The notes: generated by a model not told the origin, from the letters alone. DNA of 30,778 bases from a bacterium (GCA_021782685.1 JAJXUQ010000002.1:1-30778); one strand, 5' to 3'; shown: positions 8,088-16,070, counted from the stretch's first letter. Program-made: numbers and translations.

Positions 8088-9530
8088 ATGGACGAGGAGC
8101 GAAACTCCACTCAGGACGAATACGACGCGCGTACCAATGCGTTTAAGACGCTCGTGGACAAGGTGTACTTCCACCGGCTGCCCTCTTACGGCAACAAGAT
8201 ATTCTATTCGCTCGGATTCATGGCGCTTACGTGCCTCGTGATACTCGCGACAACGGGAATCCTGATGGCATTCATGGGCCAGACATGGTGGCTCACGAAC
8301 CCGTGGGGTATCTTCTTCCGCAGCGTGCATCTGTGGACAGTACAGGCGCTCATCGCGGTACTTATCCTGCACATCCTCGTCGGACTGACCACAAGCGGCT
8401 TCAAGGCGCCGCGAAGGATGGTGTGGGTCTTCGGCGCGACCATTTTCTGCCTGATCCTCATTCAGACGGAGTTCGGTTACGGTCTGCGCGGCGACTTCTC
8501 TTCCCAGTATCGCGCGGTATCCGGAGCCGACTTCTGGAACGGGACGCACTTGGGTTACTGGATAAACCCTCTCAATTACACGCAAGTTTTCGCGCTTCAT
8601 ATCGCCATAATCCCGCTCGCCATATTCCTGCTCTTTATCGCCCACTATCTGCTCGAGCACACCTATGGCATCGCGCGGCCATACCGCAAAGACATTCCGT
8701 ACAGGATGGTCGACGCGGACCACCGGATACTCTTCATCCGCGGCGGCATACTTGTCGCGCTTATTCTGGCGCTCGCGTCCTTCTTCCACTCCCCGTACGT
8801 CCCGCCGGTACGCATCATGGACGTCGCGCGGCAGGACCCGACCCTCATGGCGACGACGCTCCTGCAGGAATTCGACCATACTTCGGATACGGCAACCTAT
8901 TTCGACTCTATCGATCCGTACACATTCGACACCAGGAAGGCCTACGTAGTAGACCCGTATGAACGGTACCTGGTAAACGGAGAGGGACCGAACGCGTGGA
9001 CGGCATTCGAGAACGAGTCCGCGGCCGCGCAAGAGGCGGATATCCAGCAAGCCAAGCAATACGCCGCCGCTCCGGACACGAGCTCGTTCGCAAGCACGAC
9101 AAACCCCGTCATTTCGATGCTCGACACGCTTCTGCCGATGGCGGAAAGCGGACTGTACGAATCTCTCTTGAACCAGGAAAACCCGAACGCGAACGATACG
9201 TATGTCTTGCGCTTCCTCGACGACACAGGAGCGCTCCACGACAAGGCGGCATCGCTTAACATGAGCACCGCCGAGTGGGGCATGACAAAAGACGAGACGG
9301 GGAGCGTGCTCAAGCTTCCTCCCGGCTCCTGGTGGCTCGCTCCCCTGGGCATCGTGAACAGCGCCTTTAATCTCCTCAGCAACCCGTACGGCGATCGCGA
9401 CGCGGCGATCATTCTCGGGCTCATCATGCTCGTGTTCATCCTCTTCCCCTACATACCTTACGTAAATCGCCTGCCGGAATTGCTGCATCTCGCGCCTTCC
9501 ATCTGGAGAGAGCGCCCGCCGCGGAAATAG
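8088..9530 (+). CDS. Cytochrome b6-like membrane protein: N-terminal di-heme domain fused to a large soluble domain and terminal TM helices (480 aa)
   Basis: Four heme-ligand His in two helices: RSVHLW-x-LILHI (13 residues between) and FALHI-x-IAHYL (14 between); KIFYSLG and WVFG motifs. Confidence 0.85.
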   Translation: MDEERNSTQDEYDARTNAFKTLVDKVYFHRLPSYGNKIFYSLGFMALTCLVILATTGILMAFMGQTWWLTNPWGIFFRSVHLWTVQALIAVLILHILVGLTTSGFKAPRRMVWVFGATIFCLILIQTEFGYGLRGDFSSQYRAVSGADFWNGTHLGYWINPLNYTQVFALHIAIIPLAIFLLFIAHYLLEHTYGIARPYRKDIPYRMVDADHRILFIRGGILVALILALASFFHSPYVPPVRIMDVARQDPTLMATTLLQEFDHTSDTATYFDSIDPYTFDTRKAYVVDPYERYLVNGEGPNAWTAFENESAAAQEADIQQAKQYAAAPDTSSFASTTNPVISMLDTLLPMAESGLYESLLNQENPNANDTYVLRFLDDTGALHDKAASLNMSTAEWGMTKDETGSVLKLPPGSWWLAPLGIVNSAFNLLSNPYGDRDAAIILGLIMLVFILFPYIPYVNRLPELLHLAPSIWRERPPRK

Positions 9531-9543
9531 CGGGAGCGCGCGC

Positions 9544-10713
9544 CTAGACGGAGCGTACCGAGGGGGCAGAAACCGCTATCGCGCGGTTGCCAAGGTGCAC
9601 GAGGCTGTGTTCCTCCAGGAAGGCGGCGATGGTCGCCAGATGCGCGCTCTCGGCCGGATCCTGCATCGCTTTCTCGAATGCCGCTTCGTCCGGGTACAGA
9701 CGCTCGACTTCGTCGCGCACCCACACGCTGGTGATATCCGTGTGCACGATGCCGCGCTCTGCATGGCGGATGAGCGTCACCATCGCTTCCAGAGCGGTCG
9801 AGGACGGCTTGTACCCGCGCTGGGCCCTCATCGCCTGCTCCACATCGGCGAGATGCAGTATCTCCGCGACGTCGACGCTTACCCCGAGACCCCCGACGGC
9901 AATGGGCGTCTCGACCGGAAGGTTCCGATAGTTGTGGTGGCGCGCGGCGAGATCGCTCTCCTTGGGGAAGCCGAGCGCGGACAGGATGGACGCGGAGTGC
10001 TCTTCGTGCGGACGGATGAGTTCTGCGAGCGTCTGGTTCGCGTCGATGCCCTGCTTTACCAGAGCGTCTACCGTGCGCGGCGGAAGGAGGAGCGTCGCCG
10101 GCGCGATATCCTTCGGCCGACGCCCCGTCATCATGAGAGCGCGGACGAGAGCCTCGGGATCGGCGGTCTCCGACACGTGGTTGCGCGCGAGCGCCGCGTG
10201 CACGAGCGCATCATCCTGGTGCAAGTTCAGCAAGTACGCGCACTCTTCGTCGGTTACCGTGTTTGCGATGAGGTCATACGGGATATCCACTTTCCCGATG
10301 TCATGCAGAAGACAGGCTCGGTAGAAGACCGGAAGCGTTATGCGCTCTTCGTCGAACAGTTCCGCGAAATGCACCTTGCTTCCGAAAAGCTGCCGTTCGA
10401 CCTTCCCGCGCGCAAGACGATACGTCTCGGCGCAATGATCGGCAGTCTCAGGGTGGAAGAGCTCGATGACGGTAAAAGCCTCCCATATCGCCTCCGTCAT
10501 GAATGATTCCGCGTCGAAAAGCTGTCTTTCGTAGAGCGCTTTCACGCGCGCGACTTCCCTTGCAAGCAGATCCTGTTCGCGGAGCGTTCGCAGCGCGTAC
10601 TCGAAACCGGCCTGCCGCGCGATCTCGCGCGCACGGAGCGTAGGGTCCTTTTCGGGCGAAATCTCGCTCTGTATCGGGTACCCTTCACCGAAAGAATGGT
10701 CGGTATGCCGCAT
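9544..10713 (-). CDS. HD-domain phosphohydrolase, HD-GYP-like
   Basis: HCAET, LLHDIGKVDIP, HEEHS, ARHH, LADVEQAM..QRGYK. No GYP loop. Confidence 0.8.
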   Translation of the reverse strand: MRHTDHSFGEGYPIQSEISPEKDPTLRAREIARQAGFEYALRTLREQDLLAREVARVKALYERQLFDAESFMTEAIWEAFTVIELFHPETADHCAETYRLARGKVERQLFGSKVHFAELFDEERITLPVFYRACLLHDIGKVDIPYDLIANTVTDEECAYLLNLHQDDALVHAALARNHVSETADPEALVRALMMTGRRPKDIAPATLLLPPRTVDALVKQGIDANQTLAELIRPHEEHSASILSALGFPKESDLAARHHNYRNLPVETPIAVGGLGVSVDVAEILHLADVEQAMRAQRGYKPSSTALEAMVTLIRHAERGIVHTDITSVWVRDEVERLYPDEAAFEKAMQDPAESAHLATIAAFLEEHSLVHLGNRAIAVSAPSVRSV

Positions 10714-10779
10714 GAACGATAACTCCAGTATAGCACGATTCTGGACAACTGGAGATCGCGTTTCGAAGAGCCGAGTTCG

Positions 10780-11166
10780 TTATTCCGTCGTTCTTCCGTC
10801 AAAATGCTCTTCGCGTTCGTCTGATTTTGCGGGATGCACGGTCCCGTCTTTATGCTCGGGAGGCGAATAGACCGTATAGAGTTTGAGATCGCCTACTCCG
10901 GTGTTGATCACATTGTGGCGCGTACCCTGCGGGATGACGACCGCCGTATCGGCAGCGACCGCATGCTCTACCCCGTCCAGGACCACCTTCCCTTCGCCTG
11001 TCTCAAAGCGGATGAATTGATCAAGGTGGTGCACTTCCTCGCCGATCTCCTCGCCCGGGCGCAGCCGCATGAGCACAAGCTGGCTATTACGCGCCGTGTA
11101 GAGCACGCGGCGATAATCGGTGTTTTCCTTAGTCGCTTGTTCGATATTGATGAGGTATCCTTTCAT
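10780..11166 (-). CDS. Cupin domain protein
   Basis: IGEEVHHLDQFIRFETGEG (cupin motif 1) and IPQGTRHNVIN (motif 2). Confidence 0.9.
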   Translation of the reverse strand: MKGYLINIEQATKENTDYRRVLYTARNSQLVLMRLRPGEEIGEEVHHLDQFIRFETGEGKVVLDGVEHAVAADTAVVIPQGTRHNVINTGVGDLKLYTVYSPPEHKDGTVHPAKSDEREEHFDGRTTE

Positions 11167-11172
11167 GAGAAA

Positions 11173-11201
11173 ATTCTAAATCGTTTTTCAGATTTCTGCA
11201 A
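11173..11201 (-). promoter_or_regulatory. Sigma70-type promoter of the cupin gene
   Basis: Minus strand TTGCAG (11201-11196), N17, TAGAAT (11178-11173), then 6 nt to ATG. Confidence 0.6.
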
Positions 11202-11205
11202 AAGT

Positions 11206-11270
11206 TTGTGCAGTTAACACCTGTCACCTCTCGGTGACTAATTTGTCACCCCAAGGTGTTAACTGCACAA
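11206..11270. repeat. 65-bp palindrome with perfect 17-bp arms and internal GTCACC/GGTGAC repeats
   Basis: TTGTGCAGTTAACACCT (11206-11222) and AGGTGTTAACTGCACAA (11254-11270). Confidence 0.9.
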
Positions 11271-11274
11271 TCCA

Positions 11275-11302
11275 TTGACCTTGCGCGTCTCGAGTGTATA
11301 AT
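11275..11302 (+). promoter_or_regulatory. Near-consensus sigma70 promoter with no downstream plus-strand ORF
   Basis: TTGACC (11275-11280), N16, TATAAT (11297-11302). Confidence 0.7.
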
Positions 11303-11308
11303 GGCTAA

Positions 11309-11360
11309 GAATCAATACGAAAGAGGACCCGAACGGCCTACTGCCTAAGGGGCCTTTTTC
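11309..11360 (+). ncRNA. Candidate ~50-nt hairpin small RNA convergent with the NYN gene
   Basis: Follows the 11275 promoter. Stem 11319-11330 pairs with 11349-11360 (11 of 12 pairs, including a G-U valid only on the plus strand), ending in a U-run over the NYN stop codon. Confidence 0.5.
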
Positions 11361-11868
11361 ATTTATGCAGATACTCTATCTTCCTCCTCACGTCCGTGTT
11401 TTCAAGATAATCGAAGAATTCACCGCCAAGGCTTTTGTACAACGATGAAGCAAAAGCCTTGTTCGGGAAAAGCATCTTTCCGAAACGCCCTTTCTTGATC
11501 AGGAAATCAACGAGCTTCTTGTAGTCGCCATCGCCGGAGACGATAAAGACTTTCTCAAAAGGTTCGCTCTCTACCATCTTCTTCATTATGCCGAATATGA
11601 TATCGGAGTCGACGTTTCCTTTCTTGTTACCACGGAGTGCCGAGGAGTGTTCTCTGAAGGAAAGGATGAAGCCGGCCTTCTGAAGGCCGTCGTATAAATC
11701 CTGATTTTCTTCAGAGACGAATCCGAGAAAATAATAGGCCTCGGTGATATTGTATTTATCCCGAAGATAAACACGAAGTTTCTTGTGATCGACAGCCCAA
11801 CCACTCTCTTTCGTCCCAAGGTGGAGATTCTGTCCGTCGATGAAAGCTATGTTTCCAGATGCCATCAT
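11359..11868 (-). CDS. NYN (LabA/DUF88, PIN-like) domain ribonuclease (169 aa)
   Basis: AFIDGQN, KGNVDSDI, IVSGDGDY with the acidic catalytic residues intact. Start set at ATG 11868 (or 11865) after TG-A-TATCAT. Confidence 0.9.
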   Translation of the reverse strand: MMASGNIAFIDGQNLHLGTKESGWAVDHKKLRVYLRDKYNITEAYYFLGFVSEENQDLYDGLQKAGFILSFREHSSALRGNKKGNVDSDIIFGIMKKMVESEPFEKVFIVSGDGDYKKLVDFLIKKGRFGKMLFPNKAFASSLYKSLGGEFFDYLENTDVRRKIEYLHK

Positions 11869-11935
11869 CACTAATGATATCACCTGGTATCGGTGCACGG
11901 TTCGATTCCTGGATGGGGTAGAATTTAGGTCAAAT

Positions 11936-12706
11936 TCACCGTATCCCCGTATCACACGTCAAAGATACGCTCTGCGAACTCCCGGCAGCGACCGCGACCT
12001 GCTGCGGCCGACAGGTCGGCGGCATTCCGTTACCTCCCACGGGAACAAAGGTATACGTGCCCGGATCGAGCGAAACGCTGAAAGCTCCGTTTGCGTCGCT
12101 CGTTATTGTCGTATACGGAATAGAAGAATCTGCCGGCTGCACCCGGATTGTCGTCCGGTATGGCTTATCGGCGCACTGCGGTTCCGGCGGATAGTGCTCC
12201 ACGGGGCACGTGGGGCCGAGCATAACGGTGCCGCGCACCGTCCCCTGCATGGATGGAGCGGGCGCAGGAGACGGCGGCGTACCTTCCTGAGCCACGATGA
12301 AATGAATGCTGTACGCAGGTGCACCAGACATGCTCGGTACCGTGAGATCGACTTCTCCTGTACCGTTGAACTCGAAGTAGGTCGAAGAACAGTTACTCGT
12401 CGCTTGAAGGCTATTTCCCGGAAGACCGCCATTTGAGACATACCCGGCCGTCGCGTCACCCTGCACCGTTTTGAAGTAGCCGGTCACATCGGCCGGATAG
12501 AGCGCGCGAGGGAGATCGATAAAAATGCGCGACGTTTCAGTCTCGTCCTGCACCGAGCCGTTCGGGATCGAATGGCAGGCGGCAAGCTGTTCATCATAAG
12601 AGCCGCTTTGGTGCGCGGAACGCGAGCTGCTGTTGATCTTCGTGAACGCGGCGAGCGCTGCAACGACTGCGACGAGGATTATGAGACCGAGAGCGACTCT
12701 CTTCAT
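11936..12706 (-). CDS. Membrane-anchored/secreted two-domain protein with C-terminal carboxypeptidase-regulatory-like beta-sandwich
   Basis: N-terminal hydrophobic helix, Pro-rich linker, GTVRGTVMLGPTCPVE..QCAD, TSDANGAFSVSLDPGTY, CDTGIR; paired cysteines. Confidence 0.75.
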   Translation of the reverse strand: MKRVALGLIILVAVVAALAAFTKINSSSRSAHQSGSYDEQLAACHSIPNGSVQDETETSRIFIDLPRALYPADVTGYFKTVQGDATAGYVSNGGLPGNSLQATSNCSSTYFEFNGTGEVDLTVPSMSGAPAYSIHFIVAQEGTPPSPAPAPSMQGTVRGTVMLGPTCPVEHYPPEPQCADKPYRTTIRVQPADSSIPYTTITSDANGAFSVSLDPGTYTFVPVGGNGMPPTCRPQQVAVAAGSSQSVSLTCDTGIR

Positions 12707-12732
12707 ACCGACCTAGTATAACGTACCCTAAC

Positions 12733-12822
12733 TGGCGGAGAGGGGGAGATTCGAACTCCCGAGACCCTTACGGGCCTGCCGGTTTTCGAAACCGGTGCTT
12801 TCGACCACTCAGCCACCTCTCC
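12733..12822 (-). tRNA. tRNA-Ser(CGA), long variable arm, CCA encoded
   Basis: GGAGAGG acceptor, CCGGT-TTCGAAA-ACCGG anticodon arm, GGGAG-TTCGAAT-CTCCC T arm, ends GCCA. Confidence 0.97.
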
Positions 12823-12843
12823 AATCTTGAGACTTTACCATTT

Positions 12844-12871
12844 TTGAATTCATCACGGAAGATGCTACATT
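12844..12871 (+). promoter_or_regulatory. Promoter for the tRNA-Glu precursor
   Basis: TTGAAT (12844-12849), N16, TG-C-TACATT (12866-12871). Predicted start about 12878. Confidence 0.55.
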
Positions 12872-12877
12872 CAGTGA

Positions 12878-12975
12878 ACGGCCCTATCGTCTAACGGTGG
12901 GTCTCCGGTGCCCGGTCAGGGATTTTCCGTTTTTAAGATAAAGTAACTTCCGTACACGGCCCTATCGTCTAACGG
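12878..12975 (+). repeat. 20-bp direct repeat duplicating the 5' end of tRNA-Glu
   Basis: ACGGCCCTATCGTCTAACGG at 12878-12897 and 12956-12975, 58 nt apart. Confidence 0.95.
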
Positions 12976-13029
12976 CTAGGACAGCGCCCTTTCACGGCGT
13001 AAATCGGGGTTCGATTCCCCGTAGGGTCA
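12958..13029 (+). tRNA. tRNA-Glu(TTC), CCA not encoded; integration target
   Basis: GGCCCTA/TAGGGTC acceptor, GCGCC-CTTTCAC-GGCGT anticodon arm, CGGGG-TTCGATT-CCCCG T arm, discriminator A13029. Confidence 0.95.
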
Positions 13030-14698
13030 CAAAATGTCCGTGGGTACGCTTGTACTCCTCAGAAAGCTTGAAAATACAAGATAGTTTTGGTGTTCCATTA
13101 ACTATTTCGTCGTAGGTCGGGATTTCCTCAAAGAACAGGCCGAAAAGCCGCCTACGGTCGTGCAAACTCTTTGTATTAGCAAGGATTTCCGCCGGGTGTT
13201 CCATAAGGTGCTTTGCGTGCCGTCGAAATGCACGGATGCTACGCTCGTTTACTTCGACGCGGGTTCGCACACTCTCAGCCTTCTCAATCTGCGCCTCAAG
13301 ATCCTCTGCCTCTCCCTCAAGATGGCGACGCATTATTTCTGATTTTGCGAGACCGAAGGCCTCTACTTTCTGGGCAAGCTCAGCTTTCAGATCAGAAACG
13401 CTCCGGCTAATGACCGATGACTGCAAAAGTATTTCCTGCTCACGAGAACGGTATTTATCAACGAGGTGCAGTTCAAGGCCTGCAAGGAACCCGTCCTCAA
13501 ACTTAAGACCAGTGAGGTAGTCGTTCACTGTTTTCTCAAACTCATCCTTCGGGATACGGATGCCTTTATGTGCTCGATTCCCGGTCTTATGACCGCCGCA
13601 ATGATACGCGGGGTATGTCTTGCCAGACTTGCCACGAGAGGCGCTCCCGAGCATTTCTGAACGGCACAATGAGCACAGGATGCATTTCCATGGATACCCA
13701 GGATTATCTTTCATGCGCTTCATCTTCGCCCAGGGCGAGTAGTTAAAAATGATCTTGACCTCACCATCTGGGTTTTCTTGTATGTACTTCTTCCCACGAT
13801 TTGCTTTGTTGAAAATGTCGATGGAAACAAGCCCTTCGTACTGAGCGCGAACAGGTACCTCAGCCCATTTTTCGTGAATGACACCCGCGTATTCCGTTTG
13901 CCCGATATAGCGTTGCATTTGCTTCACAGTCAGTGCGTTGCCTCCGCGAACCCCGATCACCCTTGGATACTCGCGGTCGCTCCTATCCCAATGCTTATTT
14001 TCTATCGTCTTAAATCCCATGGCGTTCAGGGTATCGACGATTTCTTGATCGTCCCTACCGTCTGCGCGCATCTCGAACATCTTACGGAAATAATGCGCTC
14101 GATCGTTTGGCAGTCGTATAACCCTTTTTCTTCCATCCACAAATACTTCCTCGTTCCTCATCCCGTCCGGTGCGCGGCGTAGGGCGTATCCATTGCGGCG
14201 AGCGTGCACCGATCCGCTTATAAGCCGCGTTAGGATTTCACGCGCTTCGGCCTTTGCCTGGTATGCAACAACCATTTCACCGACCTCACCCGGTGAGTAC
14301 CTGCTCCAAGGAAACTCAATCCCAAGATGCTCCAAGGTATTTTTCTCGTCTTGAATGATGCCTTGACTGTCTACGACCGTGACACCTATCTCTTTCAACT
14401 TCTTCTTCATCCGCATGTGTTCTTCATACCCACCGCGTGTGAAGCGATCAATAGATTTACAGACATAAAAGTTAACGGGCTTTTTGCTCGCCCTTATCCA
14501 CGCAAGCACCTCATCGAAATCGTCGCGTTCGGTAGTGGTAGCGGAATGTTGCTTTCGAAATACTTTCAGAATCTCCCAGTCCCGATTGTTCGCCACGCGA
14601 ATACCAACCTTCGTCTGGTCGTCCAGGCCATTCCCTTGAAGTTGCTGTTTATCGCTTACGCGACAGTCGATAACGCAAGTCGGTCGATCGTTCGTCAT
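12992..14698 (-). CDS. Large serine recombinase (integrase), integrated-state form, 568 aa
   Basis: DCRVS catalytic Ser, SIDRFTR, recombinase domain, CSLC..YHC zinc-ribbon region, coiled coil. The last 11 residues are read antisense through tRNA-Glu. Confidence 0.92.
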   Translation of the reverse strand: MTNDRPTCVIDCRVSDKQQLQGNGLDDQTKVGIRVANNRDWEILKVFRKQHSATTTERDDFDEVLAWIRASKKPVNFYVCKSIDRFTRGGYEEHMRMKKKLKEIGVTVVDSQGIIQDEKNTLEHLGIEFPWSRYSPGEVGEMVVAYQAKAEAREILTRLISGSVHARRNGYALRRAPDGMRNEEVFVDGRKRVIRLPNDRAHYFRKMFEMRADGRDDQEIVDTLNAMGFKTIENKHWDRSDREYPRVIGVRGGNALTVKQMQRYIGQTEYAGVIHEKWAEVPVRAQYEGLVSIDIFNKANRGKKYIQENPDGEVKIIFNYSPWAKMKRMKDNPGYPWKCILCSLCRSEMLGSASRGKSGKTYPAYHCGGHKTGNRAHKGIRIPKDEFEKTVNDYLTGLKFEDGFLAGLELHLVDKYRSREQEILLQSSVISRSVSDLKAELAQKVEAFGLAKSEIMRRHLEGEAEDLEAQIEKAESVRTRVEVNERSIRAFRRHAKHLMEHPAEILANTKSLHDRRRLFGLFFEEIPTYDEIVNGTPKLSCIFKLSEEYKRTHGHFVTLRGIEPRFTP

Positions 14699-14707
14699 AG
14701 TGGGTAG

Positions 14708-14923
14708 CTATTTAACAGCGAGTTCGCCGCTGTGGTCAACGACGATTTCTGTGCCAAGCGTGCTCGCGTACGCGTCGAACAACGCATCGGCAAGTTTGCC
14801 CATGCGCTGATTTGCGTCGCGGATCTGCTCATCTGTCATTTCTTCTGCAGATGATCCCAACGCCGCCCTGAATTCTGCGTCTGATACCACGGCATATAGC
14901 CGGGAAATTGCAGGCCGCTTCAA
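14708..14923 (-). CDS. Small helical protein immediately upstream of the recombinase (71 aa, start uncertain)
   Basis: VSDAEFRAALGSSAEEMTDEQIRD..LADALFDAY; co-oriented, stop 9 nt before the integrase ATG. A directionality-factor or regulator role is only a guess. Confidence 0.6.
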   Translation of the reverse strand: MKRPAISRLYAVVSDAEFRAALGSSAEEMTDEQIRDANQRMGKLADALFDAYASTLGTEIVVDHSGELAVK

Positions 14924-15535
14924 ACAAACCTCAAAGGTCGAAAAATCGACCCCTCAGGTTTAATTGCTCGTATCCCACAATTCTTAAGAAGATGTTGGCG
15001 TATCTCCTCCTTGCACTTAGGAGGACAAAAACTTCCCGCTATCGACGACCGTATTTTCAATTTGCCCGGCTGGATATAGTCAATCACAGCGCAACGCTGA
15101 TCGCAACCGGTTTTTCACTGCACCAGTGCAGTAAGTACCGAACAATCTTGCAAAATCTCGCATCGCATTTTGGGCGTATGTGGCTCATTTGCTAAACTTC
15201 CCCTCATTTGGGCAATGCGACATTTCTAGAAGTACCCGACATTTTCCGACATTGCCTTTTCCCTCTAACTTTGGCCTAGCGCCTATGTTTTCGAACGCAA
15301 AAGGTTCGGGATTTCGATGTCGGATTATTCGCGAGCTCTGGCAGAAAGGCGACATAAAGCGACATTGCTGTTTTCCAAGAGATCGGCTTATTTGCGGGGC
15401 TTTCTACAGAAAACGACCGGTTTTGCCCATGTCGTATTTTCTCGAAGCGGATCTGGGTGCCCTAAAAAGCGGCCTTGGACACGAGTTTAGGGTCGTCCTG
15501 CAGTCATGCCACCCGCCAGCCGCTCAAAACGGCCT

Positions 15536-15895
15536 CTAACCCAACTTCCCAAACCGCGCGTCGTTGATGATCTGCTCCCACGAGGCGAAGTAGAGAGGGG
15601 CAATGCGTGAGGCCAACCCCATAGCCCAGTTGTTTATTGAGCGATGTTCGATCTTTGCCTTTTTCTCTGTGCCGTTTGCGCGGTAGAACACGATGAGGTG
15701 CTCAACGCCATTCCCATAGCCCTTCTGCGCGTTTGCACTCACGATGTCTGTGAGCGGGATCTCAAAGACGCGAGCACCTTTCTTCGTCTCGAAAGAGAGG
15801 TTCGCGCGGCTGAGTACGAGCGCCCCCTTTTTGGTGTTGAGGAAGCCGCCCTTGTAGAGGAGCTTGTCCTCCTTTTTCAAAATCTGTTCTGGCAT
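15536..15895 (-). CDS. PH/GRAM-like domain protein (119 aa)
   Basis: KGALVLSRANLSFE..VFEIPLTDIVS pattern of bacterial PH-like folds. Confidence 0.65.
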   Translation of the reverse strand: MPEQILKKEDKLLYKGGFLNTKKGALVLSRANLSFETKKGARVFEIPLTDIVSANAQKGYGNGVEHLIVFYRANGTEKKAKIEHRSINNWAMGLASRIAPLYFASWEQIINDARFGKLG

Positions 15896-16070
15896 GATGT
15901 TGCGCTAATGAGTAAGCGCAATGGGTAGCAGAAAGCCCACCGCGTGGCGCGACCGTTTCCAGCCGTGGCCTGACAAGGCAAAACCCACACGATGGGCTTT
16001 CTGCTCTTGTCAGGTCTTTGAGCCATGCCGGTAGCCGTAGCGACCGGTTTAGGCTCTGCCTCTTTGGGCG
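15896..16070 (-). ncRNA. Structured 5' leader or antisense-type regulatory RNA
   Basis: Downstream of TG-T-TAAAAT (16085-16077); three hairpins plus a 12-nt perfect alternative pairing. Confidence 0.5.

Noticed and set aside
11206-11270. Integron attC site
   Set aside because: The ends do not match RYYYAAC/GTTRRRY, the arms are perfect without extrahelical bases, and there is no integron integrase.
12878-12975. CRISPR mini-array or intron-containing tRNA
   Set aside because: Only two 20-bp copies, identical to tRNA sequence, and no cas genes. The second copy already belongs to a complete uninterrupted tRNA, and 58 nt is too short for a self-splicing intron.
15117-15142. MOBQ-type oriT (hairpin followed by TAAGT)
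   Set aside because: Only 5 nt match the TAAGTGCGCCCT nick consensus and no relaxase is present.
14908-15539. Plus-strand ORFs 14908-15195 and 15180-15539
   Set aside because: No motifs, poor amino-acid composition and no start signals. The region looks regulatory.
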